Shown here piece by piece: positions 1 to 8,209 of a stretch of 32,000 nucleotides of DNA; the stretch's first letter is position 1; each line of letters begins with the position of its first letter. Both the position numbers and the translations under genes were made by a program. The notes under the pieces are model-generated. The model was not told the DNA's origin and made no database searches. It saw only the letters and a program-made list of their open reading frames with translations. The DNA is from Candidatus Electrothrix sp. GW3-4 (GTDB lineage: Bacteria > Desulfobacterota > Desulfobulbia > Desulfobulbales > Desulfobulbaceae): contig NZ_CP147990.1 in NCBI RefSeq assembly GCF_037902255.1, positions 3,540,001 to 3,572,000 on the forward strand. The letters are read 5' to 3'.

Positions 1-2
1 AA

Positions 3-1883
3 GATGATAGCGGGAAGATCTGGATAGGGACCGACGGAGGGGGGGTCCATATTTATGAAAACGGGGAGATCAAGCAGGGCCTCACGAAGGATGATGGCAT
101 CTTGGGCAATGTTATCTTTCGCTTCTATAATGATGGAGAGGGTGGGCTCTGGGTGATGACCAATAGCGGCATCTCCATCCTCAAAGACGGACGCATCCAT
201 AACCTCACCTCCCAAAACGGTCTGTTAACCGACACCGTCTTTGAAGTCTTACGCGATAAACAAAATAAGCTCTGGATGACATCGACCTTTGGCCTTTTTT
301 ATGTCACTCAGCATGATCTCAACGAGGTCATCAACGGGCGCAAAGAACGATTCCCCATTGTCCTTTTTGATAGCAACTCAGGACTGGAGAAGAACCCCAC
401 TTCAAACGCCTGGTCTGAACAAGACAGTGCAGGAAATTTCTGGATCGGCACCTATGGTGGGGTGGCTGTTATCAATCCGAAAAATATTCCTATCAACACG
501 ATCTCGCCAAAAGCAATTATCCTCTCGTCCAATATTTCTCCCCGTAACAGCAGCAAAGCCGAAGAACAGGTCATCGTTCCCGCTGATATTGCCCGACTCA
601 ACTTCCATTTCGCGGTCCTCAGCTTTGTTTCCCCTGAAAAAAACCTGCTCCAGTATAAACTGGATGGCTTTGATCAGGACTGGTCGCCTCCTGGCAAACA
701 ACGCAATGTCTCCTACACCAATCTCCCTCCAGGAAACTATGCTTTTCGTGTCAAGGGGATGAATAATGACGGTATTCCTTCGCAGGAAGAGGCGAGACTT
801 CCTTTTTACAAAAATCCACATTATTACGAGCGCCTCTGGTTTCGCCTTGCAAGCGCCTTATCAGTCCTGCTACTTCTGGTTCTGGGAGGCGTCAAGGTGC
901 ATAGGGATCGCATAAAAAAACTGAATCACACCTTGGAGCAGCAAAAACTCCAGATTGAGCTGGCAAAAAAAGCAACCAGGGCAGAACGGCTCGCTAAGGA
1001 AAAGGAAAGGGAACTGTCTGAATCCTACAGTCGCTTTGTTCCCCATGATTTTCTCAATTTCCTCGGGAAAAAGAGTCTCCTTGAAGTTGGTCTCGGCGAC
1101 CAGGTGGAACGAACAATGACGGTCTTATTCGCTGATATTCGTAATTTCACCCAAATTTCCGAAGGACTTACCCCCAAAGAGACCTTTGATTTCATCAATT
1201 CTTTTCTCGGACAAATAGCACCAGCAGTCCAACGCTCCGAAGGTTTTATTGACAAGTACATCGGTGATGCCGTCATGGCCTTATTCGCCTCTGCCCAACA
1301 GGCGCTGCATACAGCTGTCCAAATGAATAAAATCCTCCTCAATCCAAAAACGCAGCAATGTATTAAAAATCATGACCAGGAAATCAGAATTGGCATTGGC
1401 ATCAATACAGGGAACCTCATGCTGGGAACAGTCGGTAATAAACACAGGATGGACGGAACCGTTATAAGCGATGCGGTCAATCTCGCCTCACGTATTGAGC
1501 ATCTCAACAAATACTATGGCTCGAATATCCTCTTCACAGAAGAGACCTATCGCAGGCTGCCCGATACTGATCAGTGGAATATCAGAGAGATTGATCGGGT
1601 TATGGTCAAGGGAAAAACACGGCCTGTAACGCTGTATGAGGCCTTGGATGGATTACCGAAAGATATACGCTCCTTGAAAATCGCTTCGAAACAGCATTTT
1701 GAAGAAGGAGTACATTATTATAGAGCTGGCAAGATGGAGATGGCCCAAGAATTATTCCAAGACTGCTTATCGCAATGTCCGACAGACGAAGCAGCAGAGA
1801 TCTATCTCTGCCGATGTGAGCATTATTTGGTAACCGGGATTGGAGAAGATTGGGACGGAGTGAGCAGACTTGATTTTAAATAA
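3..1883 (+). CDS. Sensor class III adenylate/guanylate cyclase (periplasmic beta-propeller/Y_Y_Y region, one TM helix, cyclase domain, TPR-like tail). The 5' end lies outside the window.
   Basis: The frame is open from nt 3 (DDSGKIWIGTDGGGVHIYENGEI, propeller-type repeat) upstream of the track start at 102. TM segment LASALSVLLLLVLGGV. Cyclase motifs TVLFADIRNFT, KYIGDAVMALF, RIGIGINTGNLMLGTVG and DAVNLASRIE. Confidence 0.85.
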   Translation, partial: DDSGKIWIGTDGGGVHIYENGEIKQGLTKDDGILGNVIFRFYNDGEGGLWVMTNSGISILKDGRIHNLTSQNGLLTDTVFEVLRDKQNKLWMTSTFGLFYVTQHDLNEVINGRKERFPIVLFDSNSGLEKNPTSNAWSEQDSAGNFWIGTYGGVAVINPKNIPINTISPKAIILSSNISPRNSSKAEEQVIVPADIARLNFHFAVLSFVSPEKNLLQYKLDGFDQDWSPPGKQRNVSYTNLPPGNYAFRVKGMNNDGIPSQEEARLPFYKNPHYYERLWFRLASALSVLLLLVLGGVKVHRDRIKKLNHTLEQQKLQIELAKKATRAERLAKEKERELSESYSRFVPHDFLNFLGKKSLLEVGLGDQVERTMTVLFADIRNFTQISEGLTPKETFDFINSFLGQIAPAVQRSEGFIDKYIGDAVMALFASAQQALHTAVQMNKILLNPKTQQCIKNHDQEIRIGIGINTGNLMLGTVGNKHRMDGTVISDAVNLASRIEHLNKYYGSNILFTEETYRRLPDTDQWNIREIDRVMVKGKTRPVTLYEALDGLPKDIRSLKIASKQHFEEGVHYYRAGKMEMAQELFQDCLSQCPTDEAAEIYLCRCEHYLVTGIGEDWDGVSRLDFK

Positions 1884-1890
1884 TACAGGC

Positions 1891-1920
1891 ATGTTCGTCG
1901 AGCAGCGAACATGTTGTTTC
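1891..1920. terminator. Hairpin between convergent genes
   Basis: catgttcg (1891-1898) pairs with cgaacatg (1907-1914) across an 8-nt loop and is followed by ttgttt. It lies between the cyclase stop and the stop of the minus-strand zinc-ribbon gene. Confidence 0.45.
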
Positions 1921-1947
1921 AGCAGACTTCCGTATCTGGGCAAAGAA

Positions 1948-2475
1948 TCAGGCGAAGCAGAGCCCGCAATCAGGACAGGTGGTTTCGGTGGTTGAAAAGC
2001 TATAGCCGCAGGCCGGGCAGGTTGCCTGCTCCGCTTCGGTATCGATGATAGCGCCAGCTGTGGACAGGTCATGATCTTCCAGCCCTGTTGAACGAATATG
2101 ATCGCGCTCAAGAATCGCAACAACATCCTGGAGGTCTTCCCGCCTGATCTGGACAAATAAGTTGGTCCCGCAACTTCCCTGACCGCAGTTACTGTCTTCA
2201 CTGACAGCTATTGACGGAATTCCTTCCCGTTTGAGCATGGTCTGAAAATCCTTCATCTGCACAAGAGGACCCTTTCTGATGCTCACCAGTTCATCATCTG
2301 GGCTTATCACCATATTGCGGCCCGCCTGGTTTCGCACCAAGTCCTGCTGTGCTGCCAGCATTTCCTTGCCGCTGACAAGGGAGATTCGACAAGCGGCACA
2401 GGTCGTGATCTCTGCCCGGTATTCATCCATGCAGTTTGGGCAATACTGTAACTCCGCTTCAATTGCTCGTTTCAT
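1948..2475 (-). CDS. Hypothetical cytoplasmic protein with paired CxxC zinc-ribbon motifs at both ends
   Basis: 175-aa ORF. N-terminus CPNC..(11)..CAAC and C-terminus CPACG..(9)..CPDCG. The start lies 11 nt after the stop of the upstream 78-aa ORF. I recognise no family. Confidence 0.6.
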   Translation of the reverse strand: MKRAIEAELQYCPNCMDEYRAEITTCAACRISLVSGKEMLAAQQDLVRNQAGRNMVISPDDELVSIRKGPLVQMKDFQTMLKREGIPSIAVSEDSNCGQGSCGTNLFVQIRREDLQDVVAILERDHIRSTGLEDHDLSTAGAIIDTEAEQATCPACGYSFSTTETTCPDCGLCFA

Positions 2476-2485
2476 CTCTTGCCCA

Positions 2486-2722
2486 TTACCCCTGATCTGT
2501 TATAAAATTGTTTGCAACAATAGGCTGCTCTGTCATCAGCTCATGGGCCACAACCTTTTCTTTCCCCTGATGATTCCCTTCGAGTGCGGTGCTCGCTCCG
2601 CCCAACCAAGCAAACATAACCAAAAAGGTCACGCCTAAAACATACACTGCCAACATCAAATACCCTGGATCAAGAGCTGAACGCAATTCACTGCGGTTCT
2701 GGTTTTCTTTCCTCATCAACAT
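2486..2722 (-). CDS. Small exported/membrane protein (78 aa) whose signal-anchor region is paralogous to the N-terminus of the sortase substrate
   Basis: DPGYLMLAVYVLGVTFLVMFAWLGGASTALEGN aligns with DPGYLMIVIYTLGVAMLILFGWFGSADAASEGK of the 3460-5604 protein. GGGGA lies just upstream of the ATG. The ORF has its own copy of the upstream box architecture. Confidence 0.55.
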   Translation of the reverse strand: MLMRKENQNRSELRSALDPGYLMLAVYVLGVTFLVMFAWLGGASTALEGNHQGKEKVVAHELMTEQPIVANNFITDQG

Positions 2723-2765
2723 CGTCCCCTTTGTTTACAGACCAACTATCGCCTCTTACTTTTGT

Positions 2766-2839
2766 AGTATGTCCCAAGACCATGACGGACTCTCTGATCG
2801 ATTATGACTTACCAGTAAAGAATAATGACAAATCATGAC
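2766..2839 (-). promoter_or_regulatory. Candidate activator-dependent promoter: four GTCAT boxes plus a CATACT -10
   Basis: On the plus strand ATGAC occurs at 2782, 2804, 2825 and 2835 (spacings 22, 21, 10). agtatg at 2766-2771 (CATACT on the coding strand) lies 10 nt from the proximal box. The geometry is the same as at 5655-5728. Confidence 0.5.
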
Positions 2840-2896
2840 AAAACACTAATACTCGATAACCAACCGATGTACATGGAAGAATCACAAAGAAAAAAA

Positions 2897-3463
2897 CTAT
2901 ATTCTGTCTGCCAAAACAACATAACGCTGACTGGCATCTGCACTCATCCCCTGAAAAGGGTAACAGGTGACCAAGGCGAGCTGCGCACCTTGGTCCCGAT
3001 CAAAATAAAGATCTGTGGCAAGCCGTATCGTCGTTACATTCACCCTATATCGCCACTGCCTGCCCAGACTGTCTTCCAACGTAAAAATATCCCCCTTTTG
3101 CACCTTACGGAGAAAACTGAATTGGGTATCCCGGTGAGCTGCCAAAATACAGGGACCTGCCTGTCCCGGCTGAACTCCTGTCTCCAGCATACCTGGTCCA
3201 AAGGCAAGGGCCTGCCCTGACTGTCCTGCAAGGACAATCAGATCCTGGCTGTATTTTTCAGCACGTAGCCTCGCCACTGGCCAGGTATCGGCCCATGGCC
3301 AGGGCTTTACCAATACTCCCTGGCTCTGACTCTGCTGCCAGGCCTGTTGCAGGAGCACTTGCGCTAACAGGGCCTTGCCGTGTATCCACAGCCCATTGCC
3401 CAAGCAGAGGAGCCCGACGATAGCGGGAAAAAGAAGCAGTTTCCATGAGCATGTTATCTTCAT
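2897..3463 (-). CDS. Sortase of the Gram-negative (class GN / marine proteobacterial) type
   Basis: Catalytic-type motifs ILAAHRDT (His), LVTCYPF (Cys) and QRYVV (Arg), plus an N-terminal TM anchor. I prefer the start at ATG 3463, which is preceded by AAGGAGGAG and overlaps the upstream stop as ATGA. The track start at 3484 would place that RBS inside the coding sequence. Confidence 0.85.
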   Translation of the reverse strand: MKITCSWKLLLFPAIVGLLCLGNGLWIHGKALLAQVLLQQAWQQSQSQGVLVKPWPWADTWPVARLRAEKYSQDLIVLAGQSGQALAFGPGMLETGVQPGQAGPCILAAHRDTQFSFLRKVQKGDIFTLEDSLGRQWRYRVNVTTIRLATDLYFDRDQGAQLALVTCYPFQGMSADASQRYVVLADRI

Positions 3464-5604
3464 TGTCTCCTCCTTTGTATCCAAAATAAGAGAGCAGATA
3501 AGGAGAGCAAGAAAAAACCAACAAAAATGAGCAGAGATGCTGGGGTAGCGGTATCAGCTCCTCCGGCAAAGACCTTTTCATGCACCCAGCCAGCAGGCAA
3601 GTTGGTTTGCACCTTCTGCTTCTGTAACGGCGTCTCATCATCAGGTCGCGCTACCTTTTCTTCCACAGCTACCAAGCTGGTATAGCGGCTGACAAGATGG
3701 TTGGTCAAAGCCAGTTCTGTAACCTCCTGTTTGACCCGATGAGGGTCTGCTCCAGCGGCTAGGCTGTCCATCAGAATTCTGATTTTCTTTCTTGCCCAAA
3801 GCACGGCAATCCCCGGCCTGTTGATAAAACGTGAGGCATCTATGGTTGCTTGCCAGGGTTTTCCACCGCCCTGCCGTCCAGAGAGAACCAGATTATCAGG
3901 TGCCCCCTGCCCCTTTATAAGCACAGTCAGGGGTTCCCCCTGATAGAGATCCGGGAGCGGGTCAGGAAGGGCTTCAAATCCATCCGTCCCAGCCAGCTGA
4001 AGATTGATGAGAGCAGGTTGCTCAAGCATGGCAAAGAGGGTCGTCATCTTATCTCGCACCTCATCCAACTTACCGATAAAGGTATAACTTCCTCTACCTA
4101 TCATTGCCGCCCTGGTCATGAAATAACTGTTCGGAGCCGAGCCGATCCCGACGGTGAACAGCCGGGAATCTCCGAGCTGATTCTTGATCAATCGGAATAA
4201 CTCTTCTTCATTGCTGACCGACCCATCTGTTAAAAAAACAAGCTGACGAATCCGCTCATGCCGCTGTGTCCCATCCAGGGCCAATTTCAGAGCCTTCCTG
4301 ATCTCTGTACCACCGTTGGCCTCAAGCTGATCGATAAAGGCCACAGCCCGATCTTTATTTTCCCGACTGCCTGCCTTACTCTCACGAAACAAGGCGCTCG
4401 CCCTGCTATTAAACGCAATAACATTGAATCGGTCCTGCGGACGCATGCGTTCCACCGCCATAAGTAAGGCCTTCTTGGCCTGCCTGATGGATGCCCCACC
4501 CATTGAACCAGAGGTATCAAGGATAAAAACAACCTCTCGGGCAAGGGGAGACTGTTGCTCCTGCTCCGGTGGCAGGACCATGAGCAGCATGTAGCGCTCA
4601 TCCCCCTGCTGTTCACTAAAGAGACTCACCGTTGGCACCTGCGTTCTTTTCGGCTCCCATTCCAGAACAAAATCGCGATCCGCCTTTACTTCTCCGGTAA
4701 ATCGGATATCAAGATTGTCATCTTCATTTTTCTCGCTTGCAATACCGTGATACAGGCTATCGAGCCGAGAGAGTTCCATGCCAGCAGCAAGATTCACATG
4801 CAAGGTCACCGGATTAATCGGTGGTTCATCCGGCCCAACAACGGCGAGCTCCTCCAAGGCAGGAGGTTGGGTATTAGTAGTTCCGTCTTCAACGCCCTCC
4901 CATCTTCCATTTCCAGAGGCAACACCAGTAGCGGGAGGAGGCCCTGGGGTATATCGCGGCCCAATAACCATGGGAAAACGCAACGAGTAAATTCGGCCCT
5001 GCCGCTGCACCACCTGCTGATATTCAAGCTGAATAATGACAGTTTCTCCGGGACCAATATTAGCAACCGCAGTGGTAAAGATGTTGGGACGGGCCTGCGA
5101 GAGCAATGAGGCCTTCTTCCCCTCCAGCTTTGCCGTCTCATAAGTTTTACGGGCCTCTTCCTTTTCCTGAATCTTCCCGACAATAATGCGTTCGTTAATC
5201 CGCATCTCCAGATGATCCACAGCACTCTCGTCAGGCAGGGGAAAGACGTACAAGGCCTCGACCCATTGATTCGAATCATTAGTAAAATGCTGTGTAACCG
5301 TAGCCCGGGCAACTATACCACTCACCCTGATATCAACATCCAGAGAGAGCATAGGGGCAGACCGATAGGTTCCCGGCTCCGCCCCAGGGAGAAGGAGCTC
5401 GCCCTGTTGGACCTCGTTGGGCGTCAGCAGTTCTTGCTGCCCAGCTTGGTTAAACAGCCCTTTTCCTTCGGAAGCAGCGTCAGCACTTCCAAACCAGCCA
5501 AACAGGATAAGCATGGCCACCCCAAGGGTATAGATTACTATCATTAAATAACCGGGATCCATGTGTAGGACCTGTACACCTCTTTTTTTCTCACCTGATG
5601 TCAT
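3460..5604 (-). CDS. Sortase substrate: VIT domain + von Willebrand A domain protein with a C-terminal sorting-signal-like tail
   Basis: Signal-anchor YLMIVIYTLGVAMLILFGWFG followed by SADAAS. VIT-like region ATVTQHFTNDSNQWVEALYVFPLPDESAV. vWA MIDAS motif VFILDTSGSMGG. C-terminus ADTATPASLLIFVGFFLLSLSALLFWIQRRRQ. I chose the start at ATG 5604 (GGGGAGGA lies 7 nt upstream). The 60-codon track extension is not signal-like. Confidence 0.85.
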   Translation of the reverse strand: MTSGEKKRGVQVLHMDPGYLMIVIYTLGVAMLILFGWFGSADAASEGKGLFNQAGQQELLTPNEVQQGELLLPGAEPGTYRSAPMLSLDVDIRVSGIVARATVTQHFTNDSNQWVEALYVFPLPDESAVDHLEMRINERIIVGKIQEKEEARKTYETAKLEGKKASLLSQARPNIFTTAVANIGPGETVIIQLEYQQVVQRQGRIYSLRFPMVIGPRYTPGPPPATGVASGNGRWEGVEDGTTNTQPPALEELAVVGPDEPPINPVTLHVNLAAGMELSRLDSLYHGIASEKNEDDNLDIRFTGEVKADRDFVLEWEPKRTQVPTVSLFSEQQGDERYMLLMVLPPEQEQQSPLAREVVFILDTSGSMGGASIRQAKKALLMAVERMRPQDRFNVIAFNSRASALFRESKAGSRENKDRAVAFIDQLEANGGTEIRKALKLALDGTQRHERIRQLVFLTDGSVSNEEELFRLIKNQLGDSRLFTVGIGSAPNSYFMTRAAMIGRGSYTFIGKLDEVRDKMTTLFAMLEQPALINLQLAGTDGFEALPDPLPDLYQGEPLTVLIKGQGAPDNLVLSGRQGGGKPWQATIDASRFINRPGIAVLWARKKIRILMDSLAAGADPHRVKQEVTELALTNHLVSRYTSLVAVEEKVARPDDETPLQKQKVQTNLPAGWVHEKVFAGGADTATPASLLIFVGFFLLSLSALLFWIQRRRQ

Positions 5605-5654
5605 GAGCACATCCTCCCCTATTGATAAAAATTGTTCTGCTCTTTCCTGGATAC

Positions 5655-5728
5655 AGTATGAACGATGATCATGACGGACTTTCAGCAGGATGATGACGTG
5701 TCTTAAAAAAAAAATGACAGTCTGTGAC
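5655..5728 (-). promoter_or_regulatory. Candidate activator-dependent promoter of the substrate-sortase operon (pho-box-like direct repeats)
   Basis: On the plus strand ATGAC occurs at 5671, 5693 and 5714 and GTGAC at 5724 (spacings 22, 21, 10). agtatg at 5655-5660 (CATACT on the coding strand) lies 10 nt from the proximal box. The distal pair reads TTGTCACAGACTGTCAT on the coding strand. Confidence 0.5.
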
Positions 5729-5893
5729 AAGTGGCTCCTACCTATAAAAAAGGATGTCTTCCTGAAGGGAAATATGCTACTCAATAAGTATAGGGTTATA
5801 ACAGCGGAAAAATATTCATGGTCTCAAGGGGATATTTCTGCCCCAAAACATAACAGGCTATCATTCTAATACGATTTAAAAAGGAGGAGAGAC

Positions 5894-6376
5894 ATGTTGA
5901 AAAAAGTATCTGTGGGATGTTTCATTGGTGTTATGCTGCTGAACAACGTCCTCTTTGCTCAAGGGGAAGAAATGCCAAAACCAGAAGCAGAGTCGGTTTG
6001 GCAGTATATTACTCAGGAAAAACCCTTCACAGACTGGTCCTTCTGGCCGGATCATCAAGGAACGAACCCCAGTAATGCTCCACATGCCCCAAAGCATAAA
6101 ATATACGTGAACACACAGGCATTGCATTCGAAACAACCGCCACTGCAAGACGGGTCAATGGTGGTAAAGTATAACCTGAGCCCGGCAGATGAGGTGAAGG
6201 CGATAACGCTCATGTACAAGGTAAAGGGATACAACCCTGATGCTGGTGACTGGTTTTGGGTGCAGTACAGCCCGACCGGTGAGGTGTACGAAGCAGGAAA
6301 GCTTGAAAAATGTATAGGTTGCCATGCAGCCAAGTCAGCATCAGACTATATTTTGGTGCATAAGTTCAACAATTGA
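5894..6376 (+). CDS. Secreted mono-heme protein, cytochrome P460-like family
   Basis: RBS AAGGAGGAG. Signal peptide ending VLFAQG. A single CIGCH heme motif near the C-terminus, preceded by DAGDWFWVQYSPTGEVYEAGK, a pattern I associate with P460-type proteins. Confidence 0.65.
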   Translation: MLKKVSVGCFIGVMLLNNVLFAQGEEMPKPEAESVWQYITQEKPFTDWSFWPDHQGTNPSNAPHAPKHKIYVNTQALHSKQPPLQDGSMVVKYNLSPADEVKAITLMYKVKGYNPDAGDWFWVQYSPTGEVYEAGKLEKCIGCHAAKSASDYILVHKFNN

Positions 6377-6394
6377 CATTTTCCAGCAAACCTC

Positions 6395-6459
6395 CTACGC
6401 AGAAGAAATAACAAAAGAATACCAGCCTGTTAAATGAAAGCGTTTTTTCTTCTGCGTAG
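6395..6459. repeat. Perfect 14-bp inverted repeat with a 37-nt spacer downstream of the P460-like gene
   Basis: ctacgcagaagaaa (6395-6408) is the reverse complement of tttcttctgcgtag (6446-6459). No T-run follows, so a terminator role is uncertain. Confidence 0.4.
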
Positions 6460-6588
6460 CTGAACAAAAAATGACCGCATACATAACGTATATAAGCACT
6501 CTGAAATAAAAACAAAATCCGCCCAGAACAACTTCATTGACAATCCTACCTGCCATTTTGTATCATAAAATATTATAAGCTAACGATT

Positions 6589-6687
6589 GATGGTTTCGTA
6601 AAAAATCCAATTTTACGGAAACTCGTACCGTAACTCACTGAGTTGCCGTTGCCTACTTGCTATTTTTCGACTTTTTACCAGATCATC
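6589..6687. mobile_element. MITE-like element, copy A (99 bp, terminal inverted repeats, flanking direct repeat AACGATT)
   Basis: About four-fifths identical by manual alignment to 24281-24378. The left end GATGGTTTCGTAAAAA matches the reverse complement of the right end, GATGATCTGGTAAAAA. AACGATT occurs at 6582-6588 and again at 6688-6694. Confidence 0.65.
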
Positions 6688-6756
6688 AACGATTCGGTCA
6701 AAAAAGATCCGTCCTCCTCTTGGTTCTCGCATAACTCAAACCAGTAACAAGATATT

Positions 6757-7326
6757 ATGACGACTCAAACAGCATCAAAGCAACTATACCTCGAAAAAAG
6801 ATCGTCCCTAGGAGCAGGAGCACTCTGCCTCCTCTTGTCCCTGACTACGACGGGCCCGAGTAACGCAGCAGGAGAGCACCAAGCTGTTGATTCAGCAGCC
6901 ATGACTGCGGCCCATAACCAATGGCGCGCAAAAACAGGTGTTCCCCACCTCAAATGGTCGACAATCTTAGCAGGAAGCGCTCAAGAATGGGCAAAACATC
7001 TGGCGCAAACGGGCTGTAATATGCAACACAGTACAACAGCATATGGCGAAAACATCTTTTGGGCTGGCCCCCTTTCTTCTTCTAACGGAACATCGTCTGT
7101 ACAAGAGATAACCGAGCAAAATGTGGTCGATGCATGGGGTAATGAGGTGCAGTATTATAATTACGCCAACAACAGCTGCCACGGAGTCTGTGGTCATTAC
7201 ACCCAAGTGGTCTGGAAGAGCACAAAGGAAGTGGGCTGCGGCATGGCACTCTGCCCGGATAAAGGGCAAATCTGGGTATGCCAATATAACCCGCAAGGTA
7301 ATCTCATCGGCCAAAAGCCCTATTAA
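6757..7326 (+). CDS. Secreted CAP/SCP/PR-1 domain protein
   Basis: Signal peptide (LCLLLSLTTTGPSNAAG). CAP signatures HNQWRAK, YGENIFW, GHYTQVVWKSTKEVGCG and VCQYNPQGN. Confidence 0.8.
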   Translation: MTTQTASKQLYLEKRSSLGAGALCLLLSLTTTGPSNAAGEHQAVDSAAMTAAHNQWRAKTGVPHLKWSTILAGSAQEWAKHLAQTGCNMQHSTTAYGENIFWAGPLSSSNGTSSVQEITEQNVVDAWGNEVQYYNYANNSCHGVCGHYTQVVWKSTKEVGCGMALCPDKGQIWVCQYNPQGNLIGQKPY

Positions 7327-7454
7327 CTCCTGGTCAGCAGGTAGGAATTTCTTTACACGCCCCATGAATTCCTTTATGGTATCGTATTACTTTGATCTAA
7401 CGAGAGCCTCGCAAATTTTCTCCTGTTAACCCGAAACAGGCTGTAGATATCGCT

Positions 7455-8147
7455 ATGACCTACCGTATTGCCCTTGTCGAAGATGATTCCAGGTTACAGG
7501 CCAATTATGCTCAGGCCCTCCAGCGCGAAGGCTATGACGTGGCCACCTATAGCAGTAAACCCGAGGCCATGTCTGCCTTTGCCCGCTCCCTGCCAGACCT
7601 TGCTATCTTGGACGTCATGCTGGGAGAAGAACTGGCTGGTGGCTTTGACCTCTGCCAGCACCTCCGCTCTTTATCCCCTGTTATACCTATCATTTTCCTT
7701 ACAGCACGCAATTCAGACCTGGATCGGGTCTCTGGCCTCCGACTTGGGGCCTGGGACTACCTGACCAAGGACACAACAACCCTGGACTTTCTGCCCGCCA
7801 GGATATCTGCCATGTTTCGAACCGTTGAGGCCTTACGGAGCAATACAACGGAAAATAAGATCATCCGACATAAGGACCTCCAGATTGACGAGGATCGGAA
7901 GGAGGTCTACTGGAAAAGACATGCGGTCAGCCTGACCCTGACTGAGTTCTGGATCTTGGTTTGCCTTGCCAAGAGACCAGGACATGTCAAAAATCATGAG
8001 CAGTTGATGGAGGCAGCCAGCGTTATTGTGACGAATAATGCGATTGCAGCCCATATCAGAAGAATCAGAGATAAATTTTACGATGTAGATCCTGACTTTA
8101 AGGCTATTCGCTCAGAGTATGGGATGGGGTATCGCTGGCAGCCATGA
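7455..8147 (+). CDS. OmpR/PhoB-family response regulator (dedicated sortase-system regulator type)
   Basis: Receiver domain (IALVEDD, LAILDVMLG, IIFLTAR) and a winged-helix output domain (LTLTEFWILVCLAKRPGHV, YGMGYRW). It is linked to the sortase and its substrate. Confidence 0.85.
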   Translation: MTYRIALVEDDSRLQANYAQALQREGYDVATYSSKPEAMSAFARSLPDLAILDVMLGEELAGGFDLCQHLRSLSPVIPIIFLTARNSDLDRVSGLRLGAWDYLTKDTTTLDFLPARISAMFRTVEALRSNTTENKIIRHKDLQIDEDRKEVYWKRHAVSLTLTEFWILVCLAKRPGHVKNHEQLMEAASVIVTNNAIAAHIRRIRDKFYDVDPDFKAIRSEYGMGYRWQP

Positions 8148-8209
8148 GAGCGCCAGCTATTGGTAAGCACATGACCATATTTTTCTTTACTCCCTTGACA
8201 TAAAACGCC

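Noticed and set aside
3464-3484. Upstream start (MDTKEET) for the sortase
   Set aside because: The AAGGAGGAG Shine-Dalgarno would then lie inside the coding sequence. ATG 3463 gives ideal spacing and an ATGA overlap with the substrate stop.
5605-5784. 60-codon N-terminal extension of the vWA substrate ORF
   Set aside because: The extension covers the box/promoter region and is not signal-like. ATG 5604 has a GGGGAGGA RBS and yields a typical signal-anchor that matches the paralogous 78-aa ORF.
7420-7441. Hairpin cctgtt-aacccga-aacagg just upstream of the response-regulator start, as a terminator of the CAP gene
   Set aside because: The stem is only 6 bp and no T-run follows. It may be incidental or a weak regulatory structure, and I do not call it.
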